Assembly: GCA_051294905.1 (NCBI GenBank)
Contig: CM119372.1
Span: forward strand, 14,944,001 to 15,008,000
Length of the DNA stretch: 64,000 bases
Reading direction: 5' to 3'
Source of the DNA: Botryllus schlosseri
Taxonomy: Eukaryota
The translations under genes were made by a program, and so were the position numbers. Numbering within the stretch: the first letter of the stretch is position 1; each line of letters opens with the position of its first letter. The notes under the pieces were generated by a model. It searched no databases and was not told the DNA's origin. It saw only the letters and a program-made list of their open reading frames with translations. Positions 1 through 13,600 of the stretch are shown here, one piece after another.

Positions 1-1779
1 TCAAGGGCGCGATTTAATTGGCCGGAACTTGATGTGACGTCAGGAGCTTTCAGCTATTTTTTCTGGGTTTGCAATCCTGCTCATGGCATTTATACATTCA
101 TATGCGCATAAGCGGCCATGAGAGTTGGGCTACTGCGGAGCTGCAATAATGGTAACGCATCTTATTCAAAAGACAGTATACGCATATCTATTCATCGTCA
201 AGGGTAGGATATGCCGTTATACAAATTGAGAAGCTCGGATGAGCAAATTGTAAACGGTTAGATCAGGTTCAAGTAGACCGAATGGGATAGGTGATACGGA
301 GATGACATATTTCTAGGGAAAAGGAAAACGCATCCCATTTATGCATTCCGCGCAGTGCCTGATATCGTCGCATATCATCGGTATACCACGATATTTTGTT
401 GATGTAGTTTCCCATCAAGCAAATTGTAAATATCTTTTAATCGACTTTTAGCGTGTATTTGAGGGATTCTATGAAAATTGATTCTTAGTGAGAAGTGCTT
501 GAATCAGTCGGTTTGGAAGGGCGCAGCTACAGAATATGTTGTTTACATTAACTTAGTTTGATAGCGACGCAGACAAGACAGCAAATGTGGTATCATCGAG
601 ATTGATGAGTTAACTAATGGTGGCCATGCTTATTTTGAATGTTACTCAATGACTCAATCGTGTTCAGCAATTATTAATCATCTTCCACTGACTTGCTTCC
701 TCGTCTTCACTTCAGGCAAACTTGAACGGATATTACAATGAGCCATATTTTTATGGATTCGGTAATATATATCTTATTAAATAACGTAAGAAACCAGGCA
801 TAGTTTAGCAGTAAATTTTCTTAGACTAAATATTTATTCTAAACTGATACGTTGTAACCTCCTACATGTGACCCTTGATTGAAAAGGTTAAAACGTTAGA
901 AAAATGGGAACCAAGAATGCTGTTTCGTCATCGAATAAGCGCGAGCGGACTGGTCACTGGTTTCGAGGCTTCGTGCTTCGTCGCTTCGGGGTTGACTTGA
1001 CGCATGGTGTGTTTTCAATATTCGTTGATTTGCGTGACGTTTGATCTTGCGAGTGCAAACTGTAGCGAAATTTGGCAATGTTGATGCATCTTTTCAGGAG
1101 CGGTTATAAATGCTTCTCGGCTCTATGTAGCTCTTGAAAGTCAGATGAACTTCCTTTTGACGGTGTGCTTACCCGGTGAATTGTTGGTGCTGGTAATACC
1201 TTTTTTCTTTTTTCTGTAGCTGATTGATTGATTAAGATGGAAGAGCTAATTAACTGGTTGGAAATACGTATTACTCATTTGTCCATTTAGTAGCGATATC
1301 GCATTTTGTGTGTGCCTTGTTCAGATGAGAATATAATCTGACGATTATTGGTAGTTGCATAATAAGAATATGATTTGAGTGAACTTCTCATGATGGGTGG
1401 TGTGTTATTGTGTTACTACATTACTAATTCGATGTTGCAGCTTACCTATAGTAATCCTGCTACAGGTATAGTTGTGTTATTATGTTTGCTTCATAGCGTA
1501 AAACTTGGTGTCAACAAGTTGGAGCGATTGCTGTTTGTTTGTTAAGTCTTGTTATGTTAATTTAATTTATACGGCATGCACATTAATGATGAAATAATTC
1601 TCTCGGTCTAAATCAATCTCCGATTAAATAATTGGCCAACAATCTGATTTATTTGGATACGGTAGGATTTACCAAAATGAATTTTTTATATAAGATTTAT
1701 TGATCCCTCTTGTGCTTTTTATCTTCGGCCCTGTGCCTATGAAGGTGGAAGTTACTTCCTCTAAGGACAAATCATATCT

Positions 1780-1799
1780 ATGTCTGTTGTGAACCGTAA
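1780..1799 (+). CDS. ATXN2: Candidate alternative first coding exon of ataxin-2 (MSVVNRK)
   Basis: ATG at 1780, perfect GTAAGT donor at 1800, ends in phase 2 and joins exon 5527 in frame. Confidence 0.45.
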
Positions 1800-2288
1800 G
1801 TAAGTAATATAATTGTCAATTTCATACTGTGCCTCCTACTTTAGGCCTACCGTACTAATAATCATTTGTATGACATTTTAAATCACAAAATTACTGGGTG
1901 TTTTACTTCATCACCTACATAACTCCTATACTTGTAATAAGCTGTTACACTGGATACTCAATTAACTCAATTTATTATTGACATGCCAACATGCATGTAA
2001 AGTAGTTATGTCTAGAATTCCTTTGTTATCACTTTAGTTATTGATTTTTTTCTAACGATATCAGGAATTTGAGATATCAAATCGTTGTATTCTTTGAACC
2101 AAAGTGTAACCCAAAATTTTGTCTAATTGAATACATATAGGAAAAAATACTGCAGAACCACGTTGGGGCGAAGACGTGACAAATCTAGTCAGCCACAAGG
2201 TGATTGAAGAATTGTTACATCACCACCTAAATGAACATTGTGCTGTGTTATGTGTAAGTTTTAAAAATATTATACTGGGTGATGAAGA

Positions 2289-2818
2289 GATTTCCAGTAA
2301 ATTCGGCCAGTGAATTCGGCCCTCGGTCACTTCGGCCCTTGGTAAATTCGGCCCCGGTAAATTCAGCCACGGCCAGGGTAACAATAACAGTTACAATAAC
2401 ATTACCTAACCTTAACCCTAACCTAATCCTAACCCTAACCTAACCCTATTCCTAACCTAACCCTAATCATAACCCTAACCTAACCCTAATCATAACCCTA
2501 ACCTCCTAATCACTTGATAATAACATAATTATGTAATATAATTCACAATAATAGTTGGAACTTGACACAAAATTCTCCAAGGGCCGAATTTACCCAGTAA
2601 ATTCGGCCATCGGTAAATTCGGCCCCGTGAATATCCGCGCTATCTCACACGATTACGCGATCTACGCGTACCCTGACATCCAAATCACCTAATAATAGTA
2701 TAATTATGTAATTAATTCATGATAACGGTTGGTAATTCATTTTAATACAATATTCTCGAAGGGCCGAATTTACCAAGGTCATGGCCGAATTTACCGAGGG
2801 CCGAATTTACTGGCAACC
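2289..2818. mobile_element. Non-autonomous DNA transposon/MITE with internal (CCTAAC/CCCTAA)n tract and repeated AAATTCGGCC motifs
   Basis: TIR about GGTTGCCAGTAAATTCGGCC; exact 8-bp TSD GATGAAGA at 2281-2288 and 2819-2826. Related copies at about 17786-18042 and 16420-16601. Confidence 0.85.
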
Positions 2819-4685
2819 GATGAAGATATTACATTTTGACTGAATGCCAGTGTCTCCTCACCCATACCTTTGCCTGTTGTGGATGATATGCCGTAACGCG
2901 GTCTCGTATATGTTGCTCTAATTAATCGTGTGTCATGGGTATGTACACTCCTGCTGCAAACCAACTATTCGTTGATGGTATTCCATTGTCATGGCTCAAG
3001 ATACAGCGAGTGGTCACGTAGTTAGACATCAAGAAGAAATACTTAACGTTTTCGAGACATTTCGTTACATCAGCGTAAAAGATTTTTGCAGTTCAAATGC
3101 GTCATTTCACATTTCAATTCAGATTTATGTCAGATGCAGTGGCATTGTGACGTTTACGCTGATCATCAACTCGATCGTTTGAAACCCTCGACAATCCACC
3201 TTCCACAATATGTCCTGCACTGCCACACCCCGCACCAGTAGGCCATGTTTGCATTTTTTTGTGATGGGATGAATGAATTCTCTCTCTATTTCTATCTCTC
3301 TCTCTCTCTCATGGTGTGTTCACGCATGATCTTTTTACCTTATCTTGCAAAAATAGTTTGCTGTTGAATGGCAGAGTGATGGAATATAATATGAATTTGG
3401 CTCAAACAAATGATTCTAGGCTTTTGCAATGAATTATTTTATTGTTATTATTTTTTAATTGAGTCTTTGATACTCTTACAAGATATTTACCCATCTTCTG
3501 ATGATACTCCTTCGAGAGATTTACCCATTTTCTGATATAATTCAATTTGTAGTTCAATTCAATGGAACAAAAATTTCACAATGTCCTGATAGTTGTGAGG
3601 ATATTCATTTATAATGGTTTGCATGTAACAAAGGAACAAGATGTAATGTTCGTGCTTATGTAAGGAACTAATGGTATTTCCTCAACTTCAACGACAGACT
3701 GCACCATGGTACACTTCAGACTTGAGTGCTCATATGTGTTAGTAATTCTGTAGGTCAGTATGGTAATTTGTGACATTATGAAATGCATGGGGCTTTGAAT
3801 GATGAACTCTTCCTATGTTTTATGTTATTGTACCAGCAAAAAGGACATGGAACCTAAATGCCGATTTAGCTATTATTTTGCTCACTGCTAAACTACTGGT
3901 GTTCATAAACTCAAACTCATTCTCAGGTCTCCAGAGTTCTGAGGATTATGAGTAAGCAGCTAGTCTTTAACACCTCTCTAAGTAAGTAGGGTGTCACAAA
4001 TGCCTCCTTTATCTCGGTGTATTGTTCATGAAATGCATTATGACATGATGCTTGACACATGTGGATCTCAGAATGCTATATCTATAATGGATGACAATAT
4101 TTGATGCAACAGGCACCAGCAGTATCAATAATATTCCCAAGCTTCCGATATATTTTGGAAACTAAATTCACTTGTGCATATGTATAAATGCAAGTCAGTT
4201 TGACCTGCACTTTGATTGTGTTGGTCAATTGCTGACCAGGCGCATTTCTCATGTGTTATCAGTAGAAATTTTTGTGACATCCACCAGTTTAATGCCAACT
4301 TTAACATTCATCTCTAACAGGTCATCCTTAGAATTACACCAAACCTATCATAGACAGATAGTGCTAATAAATCTTGACTAAATCATTGAAAATTAACAAA
4401 AAGAATCACAAGCAGCAGCCATTCTTGTAATGCGATAAAGAAATCAGGAGTTGAGAGTAGAATAGAAGACATCAAAACTCACAAAGTACAACTGGAAATG
4501 CATTTTCTGTTGGAAGAGAGTCTAGAAAAGTAACTTCTGCTCGACAAAACACCTCGAATCGTCACCAAGCTCAAAAGAAACTCTCTCGGATCTGATGTAA
4601 ACAAATAACGTGTTCCTAAAACGTAATATTTCGGGATTGAAGAATAGCGAGTTGAAACCAAGTCAAGCTACAGCAATAACGCAAG

Positions 4686-7600
4686 ATGTCTGGCTCTACT
4701 AGAGGAAAAAAGGGAAAGCAAAGGTGGGCATATTTTTCAACCATGTATTGTGTGAGGTTATGCTATTTATTGGGAGATATGAGACACTTCTGTTTTCTGC
4801 CCATTGCACAGGCCTGACGATTGTCAAAAATATTTGGGTTCATTTAATATGAATACACTATTCAATTGAATATTGGTGCTACTGCTCTGCACCTCCAAGA
4901 AGCTCTTCAAGTAATAAATCTTGAATAATATTGAATCAACAACATTTCGGAATCAAATAGGCATTTCCAAATACTTATTCAGTTTACGCCAATTGCATTG
5001 CATGATAAACTCTTTGTTATGATCTCATTTGTGTGAAAAAATATGAAAATTTTGATTTTTTGTTATCTGGTCACTCCATCCAGTTATTCATTAATAAAAA
5101 AGTTTGACCTGGAATCGTCAACTTCAAATTTACACGATGATTGAATTTTAGTAATAATTATACAATTATGAAATACTTGCCGTTGATATTGTGTCTATTA
5201 CATCAAAAGGCTGGTTGGCTTGGCTACTCTTCATAACTCACAAAATCAATAAAATAGTCATCCACTGAGAGCTTGGTTTGCAAGCTAAATTCTGAGCAAA
5301 TTAGATTATCAGCTCCTGTATTATTTGATTTCGCACCAGGCGCTTACTACTTATCCTGTAACACTATTGTAACTCCTTTCCATTTCAACACAACATTTCT
5401 CGTGTCAAAAGCAAAAATTTTACACCATTTGAATGCGTGGACAAGATCTGTACACAAATTTGGGCTACACTAACTTCCTGTTATTTTCGTTGTTGCACTC
5501 TGTTTTTAATCTCAAACATTTTTCAGAAACAATTCAAAGAAGAATGCTAACCAGAATCAAAGTTCGGTAAGTTGTGCACTTTTTTGATGTTCCGTCATGT
5601 TGATCAACATCTGAGATATTTGGGCGTTTACTGTTTATCTAATTCACATCTCACTCTTGTTTATGTGTGTACCATAAATAAGGAGCTGTCTACTCGAAGC
5701 AAAATCAAATACTATAATTAAAACCTGTATTTTCTACAAGCTTTGTATATTGAATTGATGGAAATGTTCTTATCATGTTGTTCGCTCACTTTTATGAAAA
5801 TACCTTCATGAATGCCCAACAGCTTGTTTGTTGCCAATTAATGGTTCTGTGGAGATACGTGTACTGTATATGCTAAATGTGCAAGGCAATATCTGTCCAA
5901 TAACCATCCATAACTCCAACTTTTAGATGTACGAGGGAACTTATGGAAACAGCAGGCTTGCCAATACGATGCTGTCCCTAATGGTATGATGCATTTGAGA
6001 TGGGATATTGTGCTAAATTGAATTGTATCTTGCTTCTGTAGGGTAAAAAATGTGTTACGAAAGTCAGGAATGGTGCCGTCTATGAAGGTCTCTTCCATGC
6101 CTACAGCAAACAGGTGACAGTTGCAGAAATTGTGATTTCATATCCTCACTTTGCTGATAACTTGAAACACCCGGCTGTTGTGACCAGTATATTGCTGTAA
6201 TGCTATAATTATATTGCAATTTGATTCAACCCCACGCACAAAGAATCCCTATTCGATTGATTATGTGACCGTCTTTTCCCTGTCAAAATATGTTTACTAG
6301 ATGTTAGTCCCCATGGAATTAAAGGATATTTTCTAACATAATTGGGTGCTGTGCTTGATCATGTAATGCTGCTTTGTTTGTCAAGGGACGAATATGAAAA
6401 GACTTATTCATCCTATGCTGCTTGTTCTGGCTGTTGTGGTCATGGTGTGTTTTTCAAGTTGCAAGATGAGCTCGGTTTATTTTGCAGTTACTACATCCCG
6501 AGTATATTCATCTTTGAATATGACATCCTCTGATTTGCATTCTTCTAGTAGTATCTGACGGCGGGATGATCAGGACAATTGTCATCATGCTTTTCCTGTC
6601 AACTTCTTCTTGTTTCTAGATGGATCTATCGTTGAACATAGTCCACAGAGTGGAAACTGAGGCTAAAAACGGATCGGACCATCAACTCAACAGCTATCCC
6701 AAAGAGGACGATCTCGTTGACGAAATCATTTTCAAATTCGACAACCTTGTGAGCGCCAAGTTTGAAGATGTTGACTTGGATTTTGCGGTGCAGGGTACGT
6801 TCGACAATGGTTTAATTGTATAATGTTGCTAATGTCTTGGATAGACAAGAGTTTTAACCCTGTCTGGATCTGGAACCTGCATAGCCAATCCATGTGTGAA
6901 GCTACGATATGAGAATAATTAATGGTAATGCGCTTATGAAAAGGGTTTCTTAGAGAAAAGTTTAATTTCTATTGTGTCATAATAACTCACGATTGCTAAA
7001 GGCAGTGAGCAATTTGCTCACGGGGGCGTTGTGTAAGAATTTTAGGAAACACTGCTTTAGATATTCCTGCAGTTACACGTTCGATCGGTGTGTTATCGTC
7101 AGGCTACGTTGCATCGATGAGAAATTTCTCTTTTGTTTGCAGACATCAACGAGACCAACGGCGAGACCAATAACCTGCCGAGAGGCGTGAAGGGGACTGA
7201 AAAAAAGCTGGAGCCCTGGAACGGAGGCGGAGACTCGGGAGACGCAGACCCCTTGACGCTGGGCGGGTTGGAGAATTCGGGCATCGACGGCACGAACGGC
7301 TGGGACGCCGATGACATGTTCAAGGCGAACGAAGAAAAATACGGGGTGAAGTCTGACTACGACTCGTCGCTGTCTAAATACACGTGAGCTTCTTAACGTT
7401 ATTGGCGAACCATTCATTTTCTGCTTGTAATTGAGTTGAAATTTACGGCGCCACGTCTACCTGAGTAGCTCCGATTACTCTGCCCGCCTCTGGTTATATC
7501 GAACCTGTTTTTTTTTGTTCTGCAGCATGCCGCTGAAAATTGAAGACGAGAATGCGGAAAGCGTCTCGCGCGCCAACAGGCTTGCTCAGGAGATCGAAGG

Positions 7601-10600
7601 CGGAAGCGAGTACAGGCAGAGGATTGATCTGGAGCTCGACGACGGAACGACCGAGGAGGATAAGTTCAGCGCCGTGACTCGGGATAAGTGAGTGCTTGAT
7701 GGCTGGCAGATACGTGCAGTCTACGTTATTCTCGGCTGGGGTTTGACAAAGTCAAGTAACTGAGTGACTCCTTTCCGGGTCTAGGATTAGAGCGACGTTC
7801 ATTATGATATCCTAATAGTAATAATGATCTGGGAAGTTCAAATATATACCTTCTTTGGGACTATAAAGAACATAACGGCATTCGTACACCACATAAAGAC
7901 AAATGGGTGTTTGCTCAACAATATCTATTCAATTGCACTTTGTGCCGAAGCTGTGGGTTGTTCACGACTTCATAGAAATTTCATTTTCACAGGCATGCGT
8001 AGCTTTTATGCAACATGTTTAGGATGCTGCGATACGGCATTAGATTTCAATGTTTCCACGCTGGGAAAAATATCGAAACTATAAATCTCATTGATAATAT
8101 AATTCTTGGTTGAAAGGGACATGTACTTTTGGTCCTGAAAAAACTTATGCTCACTAATCGACTAAAATTTTTACAATTAATACTTGATTCGGATTCGCGT
8201 AGCCGAATCATTGTGCTCGCCCTACTGGTGAAATCAGACCAAGATGATCAGTTGCATAAATGACTCGCGACTCCCCGTGTTTGGATTTCATAACAGCTAC
8301 GGTGCGATGTTGTAACGAAAGGGGTGGCCCCCTGAGTTATTCTAGTTGTTAATGCAAGAACTGTTTCTTGCAACGAAAATGGAAGCTATGTCTTGAATAT
8401 TGCCGTGTGTGTGATGATAGACTTTTGCTTTTGTAGCTTGCTATCGTACTGATACGGGGCTGATGTTTCCTTCGCTTTTCAGCAATTCTCGTCGTGAACA
8501 CAGGAGCTCGAGAGATTACCACGATCGAGATCACGATCATCATTTCACAATTCGGGAAAAGGAAAGAGGGTTAGTCTTTGTCTAACGTTTTTCACTTCCA
8601 TGTGAGGTTATACCCGCTCCAGCAGACGTGTCAAGCTCAATTTTTGAGTTGCGCACCGCAATTACGAATTGCAATCACGGTTAAGCGTCGGATGATTACC
8701 CAAGTTACCCGTGTCATCAGTTCCATGTGTGCGGTGCTTTACAAAAGCCTTAAGCAGTTCAGAAATCATAAGTTTCAACGCTAGCCTCCTGTGAAATCAT
8801 CGAGGTCGGAAATTAACATAATCACTAAACCAGGGGCTGGTAAACTTTCTTGCTCTGCGGATGAAGGTTTTTCTTTGCGGACCGGTCTCCAAAAACCACA
8901 AAGGTTCAGTATTGAAAACAGCTCATACGCTACAAGGTCACTAAAGTCCCGGTAAGACAGCAATACACATGTTTCAATTAAAGAGGTTATCTTGGTTTCT
9001 CGCCTATGAACACCGTGCAAAAGTATCTAACCAGTAGTCAGTAACGAGCTAGATTTCAATCTGGAATGACAGATCCTCATTTGAATCACATTCTGCAGAT
9101 TTCCAGTATCAACTTCGATCTCCTGAAACTATCCGATTGATTCCGCCCACAGTTCGTTTTAACTATGAAAAATTATTTCAGACATTGTGCTGTATACAAC
9201 AAACGGTCACTAAATTATGTAAAGTAGGTTAACCATAAACGTGAATTCGTCATGATTGAGAATTCTCCGGAATCAGTCACCTAACCTTTTCAAATTCAAT
9301 CATCCGGCTTTCCTACCTTTCAAGTTCGCTCATCCGACTTTCCTGTGAAAAAGGTTACCGAGCCAGGCTGAACGTAATACATAATATCACAGATCGTTGG
9401 GTCGCTATTCTAGCAACGCTTTTATTCACAAATTATGGATTTGGTAAGAAGACAACAGCTGGATAGGGAATGGACAGATGAGCTAGCTAGGTTTAACGCC
9501 GTGTTAGAATTGATGAATACTTAGTTGCATTCTATCATTGTACGGTATATAATTGCTGGTAGGTTGGTAAAAAAAAAGATGAGCAACACTCCACCCGAAC
9601 CTGCTCACTGCCTAGTTGAGAAGCTAAGTGCTAACAAAAGGTCAGCACCCTCGCAAACGTCACCAGCAGGATATAAACCACTGCTTTAGTGTGACGTGTT
9701 TGCCATGCATCTTGACGCACCCCATGCATATTTTGGTGCGCACTAGGGCGGTGGTTCTCAGCATTTCTGACCTCGCGGACTGGTAAAACTTGAAACAAAT
9801 GTTGCAGACCGGTAAACCTCCAAAATCAAAATTGAGCCCTGATTTGATTACGGAAAATGTATGTTACTCGATCAGATGTAACATTGGAAACTTCACTGAA
9901 TACTGCCCTTTTGATATTAGACAGTCCGTTTATACGACGTTCTATTGGAGTATCTGCAAGGGGAAGCTCGCGAAGTCCTGTTAGAGAGCGCTACACTGAT
10001 TGTGATTGTGACTCCGCTTCTATTTTATTGCCAAGTGTCGCTTGATTGCCCTGTCGGAATTTAGCTTCAAGTTTGTTTGAAAATGTCTCTAGCTTTCACA
10101 TAAACTTGTCCGAAACTACTAAATTGAACAGTTTCGTACGACAATTGCACCATTGTAACATCGACCCAAAGTAGACCATGAACTCCCTATCATGACACTA
10201 TGCACAAAAATATTGTTGCAAATTTCTAAATTAATTGAAATTTATCTTATTAATGGACAAACGTGCGACTTCGGCGGTCGTTTCAACTTATTTTAATTTA
10301 TTCATTTCACTTCAGGGACAGAGATCGTGATCAAGGGGCGCCTCCCTACCGCAACAGAGACTATGGGTGAGTTGATTTAGGCTTTGCCATCCAAAAAGCG
10401 GGGTCCGCATATTTTGCGTTTCGTAGCGACAGGAATCGCGGCCGGGGTTCGAGGATGCGCGACTACCCGCCCAGAAACCCGCCCGGCGGGTATCCCGGCA
10501 ACGCGGGTCACTCGAGGTCGATGGGGCCGGGCGGGCCCCCGGGCGGTGACCGCCGCAATCAGATGTCCATGCAGCCAAGCGACGGGCCGGGATCACAGAA

Positions 10601-13600
10601 TAAATTCCGGAACATGCAACCGCCCCATTTGCCACCCCGGTGAGTTTCATTGTGTGGTCATGGTAATCGGCGTTGCTACTTGCGTAGAAGAAATAACACA
10701 ATAAATTTTTATACAAGTAGGCCTAGAAGTAGCGATTTGAAGGGCATCTTGCGACTACTTAGTTCCGAGTAGAAGTAGAAAATGAATGACGGGGAAATAT
10801 TCTAGTAGTTTTGAAAAGTCGCAGTATTAGTAATTGACAGCTACTTTTGAAATTTTAAGACTTTCAATTTTTTCTGTTCAATTGTAAGTAAGAGTATCGA
10901 TTATCCAGATTGGTAGAAACTACTTCAAACTGAATTAGAAATTGTAGGTATGAAAAGTGCCCTGAGTATCCCAATGAGACCGCTGGAGTCAGTAACGCAA
11001 GTTAGCAAAACCTACTTGTGTACAAGGGAAAAGTAGAATTACTTTGATACCAATGATGTCCAAAGTAGTCATTGTTGGTACTCAAAGCAGAAGTAAAGCT
11101 AACAAAGTTTCTGTTCAATCAGAATAGCCAGTTCCAGGTAACTAAAAAGCGTGTATCGTAGGCCTAGGTTTGTCTAGAAAACTGAAAATGGCAATAACTG
11201 CTTGAGTACCTAGAAAAAGTAGAAGTACTTCTTTTTTGACCTCCTGATCGTACGGTATTGTTGCGAATCTGATTCTTTCGTCTGGTCGCATGGTAACGGT
11301 GTTTTGTTTTAGTTTTACCAGAACCGGAAGCGGGGGCCATTCGAGAGACGACGACAGATCGAAGCAGAATGAGAACGCCGGTGAGTGCTTACCGTTTTCG
11401 ATGTCGCGCGCACCCACTAACGCGGTTCAAATTTGTGTAGGGATGCATCCCTCGTATCAGCAAGCGAAAGGACAGAGACACTCGCGCAATCAAGGCAGGA
11501 TGCCTGGCGCCCGTCCGTGGTCGAACTCGCCTTCCGCTGACTACATGCACGGGCCGCCGCAAATGGTGAGTGACTGGTCGTGCCGGGTAGCGATAGGCAA
11601 AGCCATCGCTGTGCGTTATTATCTTGCCCGTGGTCTCCAGATTTGTAAGTCCATGATGGAAGACCCATATGCCTGGCGTTGATGGTACATTAGAGATCGT
11701 AGGTGTTATCTAAGGTTAGTTTTTGCAACTTCCGACAGCTTCCTAAATACTCGGAAGTCATGTAGTATGGTGTTTTAACCTGTTTGGAAGAATCTTATCA
11801 ACTTTTTGCAGCTTTTCTTCATTTTTCATGCAACTTTTTTCGATTTTTTATGCAACTGACTTTTTACTGAAAATATTTGGCGCCATATGTAAAGAGATCG
11901 CTTGATTATTTCTCTGTTGTTTAAATTTGAGGTCCTTTCTGATTTGAAGTACGTTCGGGCTAGGCTGCCGAAAATTACATTTTGACTAAGACAAATGATT
12001 CTTTTGAAGTCGCCAACATTGAGTTTTGCTTCAGTGCCTTGGATACGGAACGCATACCCTTTTCATTTCAAGGACCTATTTCATAAATGCTTCTTTTTAG
12101 TGCAACTTTTGTGAAAAATAAGTACAATTTTCGACGGATTTGACTGCAACAAAATCTTGCCCTGGATATTACTTATTAAGCTTGCAATAAGCAGTAGTCC
12201 TACTCGTACTGCACATTGCGTGGGATTTATCTGTTGTTGTTGTCCACCTGCACCGTTTACTTACTGTTTTGATTTGAGAATGCTACCAGTAGCGGTTCTC
12301 ATTTTTTAGGCAAAACTGGACCTAGTGCTAGTGGTCAGGCCTTTTTAAAAATGTTCATGGCACACCTGAGAGTATGTGACAGCGCACTGATGTGCCAGTC
12401 ATGAATGGCGTGACCTGTCGCTATAAAAAAGCAACCTTCGTTTTAGCCGCACGCCGACTCCCCGGTCATGATGCCGCAAAATGGTTCCGGGCCGTCGTTG
12501 AGCCGGACCTCGTCGTCCTCGTCCAACACGTCTGCTCCGATCCCGTCGGGTCACCGCAAGCACGCGTCCACTTCGAGCCAGGACGACCAACCCATGATGC
12601 ACGCGCCGCATCACATGAGGCAGACTTCGCAACAGTCCTCATCGTCCAGCGGAAGCCCGGTCATGCAGAATGTTCAGGGTCAGCGGCCTCAACCTATGCC
12701 GGTGCCCGGACCGCAAGGTAAGGCGATTTGGGGATTCGTTTTCGCGATGTTATTTGTTTCGTTGAGAGTCTAAGTAATTTGCTGAATTCCGTCGCACTTA
12801 GAGCATCATATGATTCAGGGTTCTAACCAAGTCGCAAGGTTCCGAGTCGCTAGTCAATTAAACTTTTACAGTTTTGACTTGAGTCAAGTCCGAGTTCAAA
12901 TCGGGGAGAAGCGGGTCGAGTCATCGTATAAAGACCCGAGTCCAAGTCGTAGTGTTTACTGTTCAGTATCGAGTTCAAGATAGCTTCAACTCACTTCTAT
13001 GAAACTCTCGTGTGATATCGAAGGCTTCAGATTCATAATATACTCATTTAATCGTCACTCCAGACATGTTTATTCAAACAAAGAAAATACAGTTCATTTT
13101 ACAATGACCGGCCCTGATATACGAGACTTGAATATATCATTATAGAATTTTTGAGTCATGAAAGTCGAGTCATTTTCCATTGTTAAGAAAATGAGCCAAG
13201 TCAACAAAAAAATTGCGAGTTGAGCCGTCACAACTCTGGTATGATTGCTTGACGCTGTATTGAAGGAATCAGTATTTTCTGGAGAACAGTAGTGGCAAAA
13301 GACGAACTTGATACAGATCGAGTGTGTATGTGCGATCAGATTAGATTTAGGATAGTATGTTTCAAGTTATGTTTGGAATTGGTGCTGTGGTCGCTTCAAC
13401 CTGGGAATTGAATGCTTGCCATTACGCCAATTTACAAGTGTAGGGTGGTTTTATGCACGCCGGAGTAGAATAATGCCTTAGGCCAGGGATGTCAAACATA
13501 CGACCCTTAAAGCCAAGCTGAGCTGCCAGCCAGTCAGCACATTTCTATCAAAAGTTAAGATCTCTAATAAAAGTCACCAATTGTAACTAACAATTGTAAA

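Noticed and set aside
2141..2199. Extra ataxin-2 exon (KKYCRTTLGRRRDKSSQPQ)
   Set aside because: It would end in phase 1, which does not fit the phase-2 start of exon 5527, and the donor is weak.
2404..2508. Telomere or chromosome-fusion relic
   Set aside because: The tract is degenerate and lies inside a TIR element with an exact 8-bp TSD.
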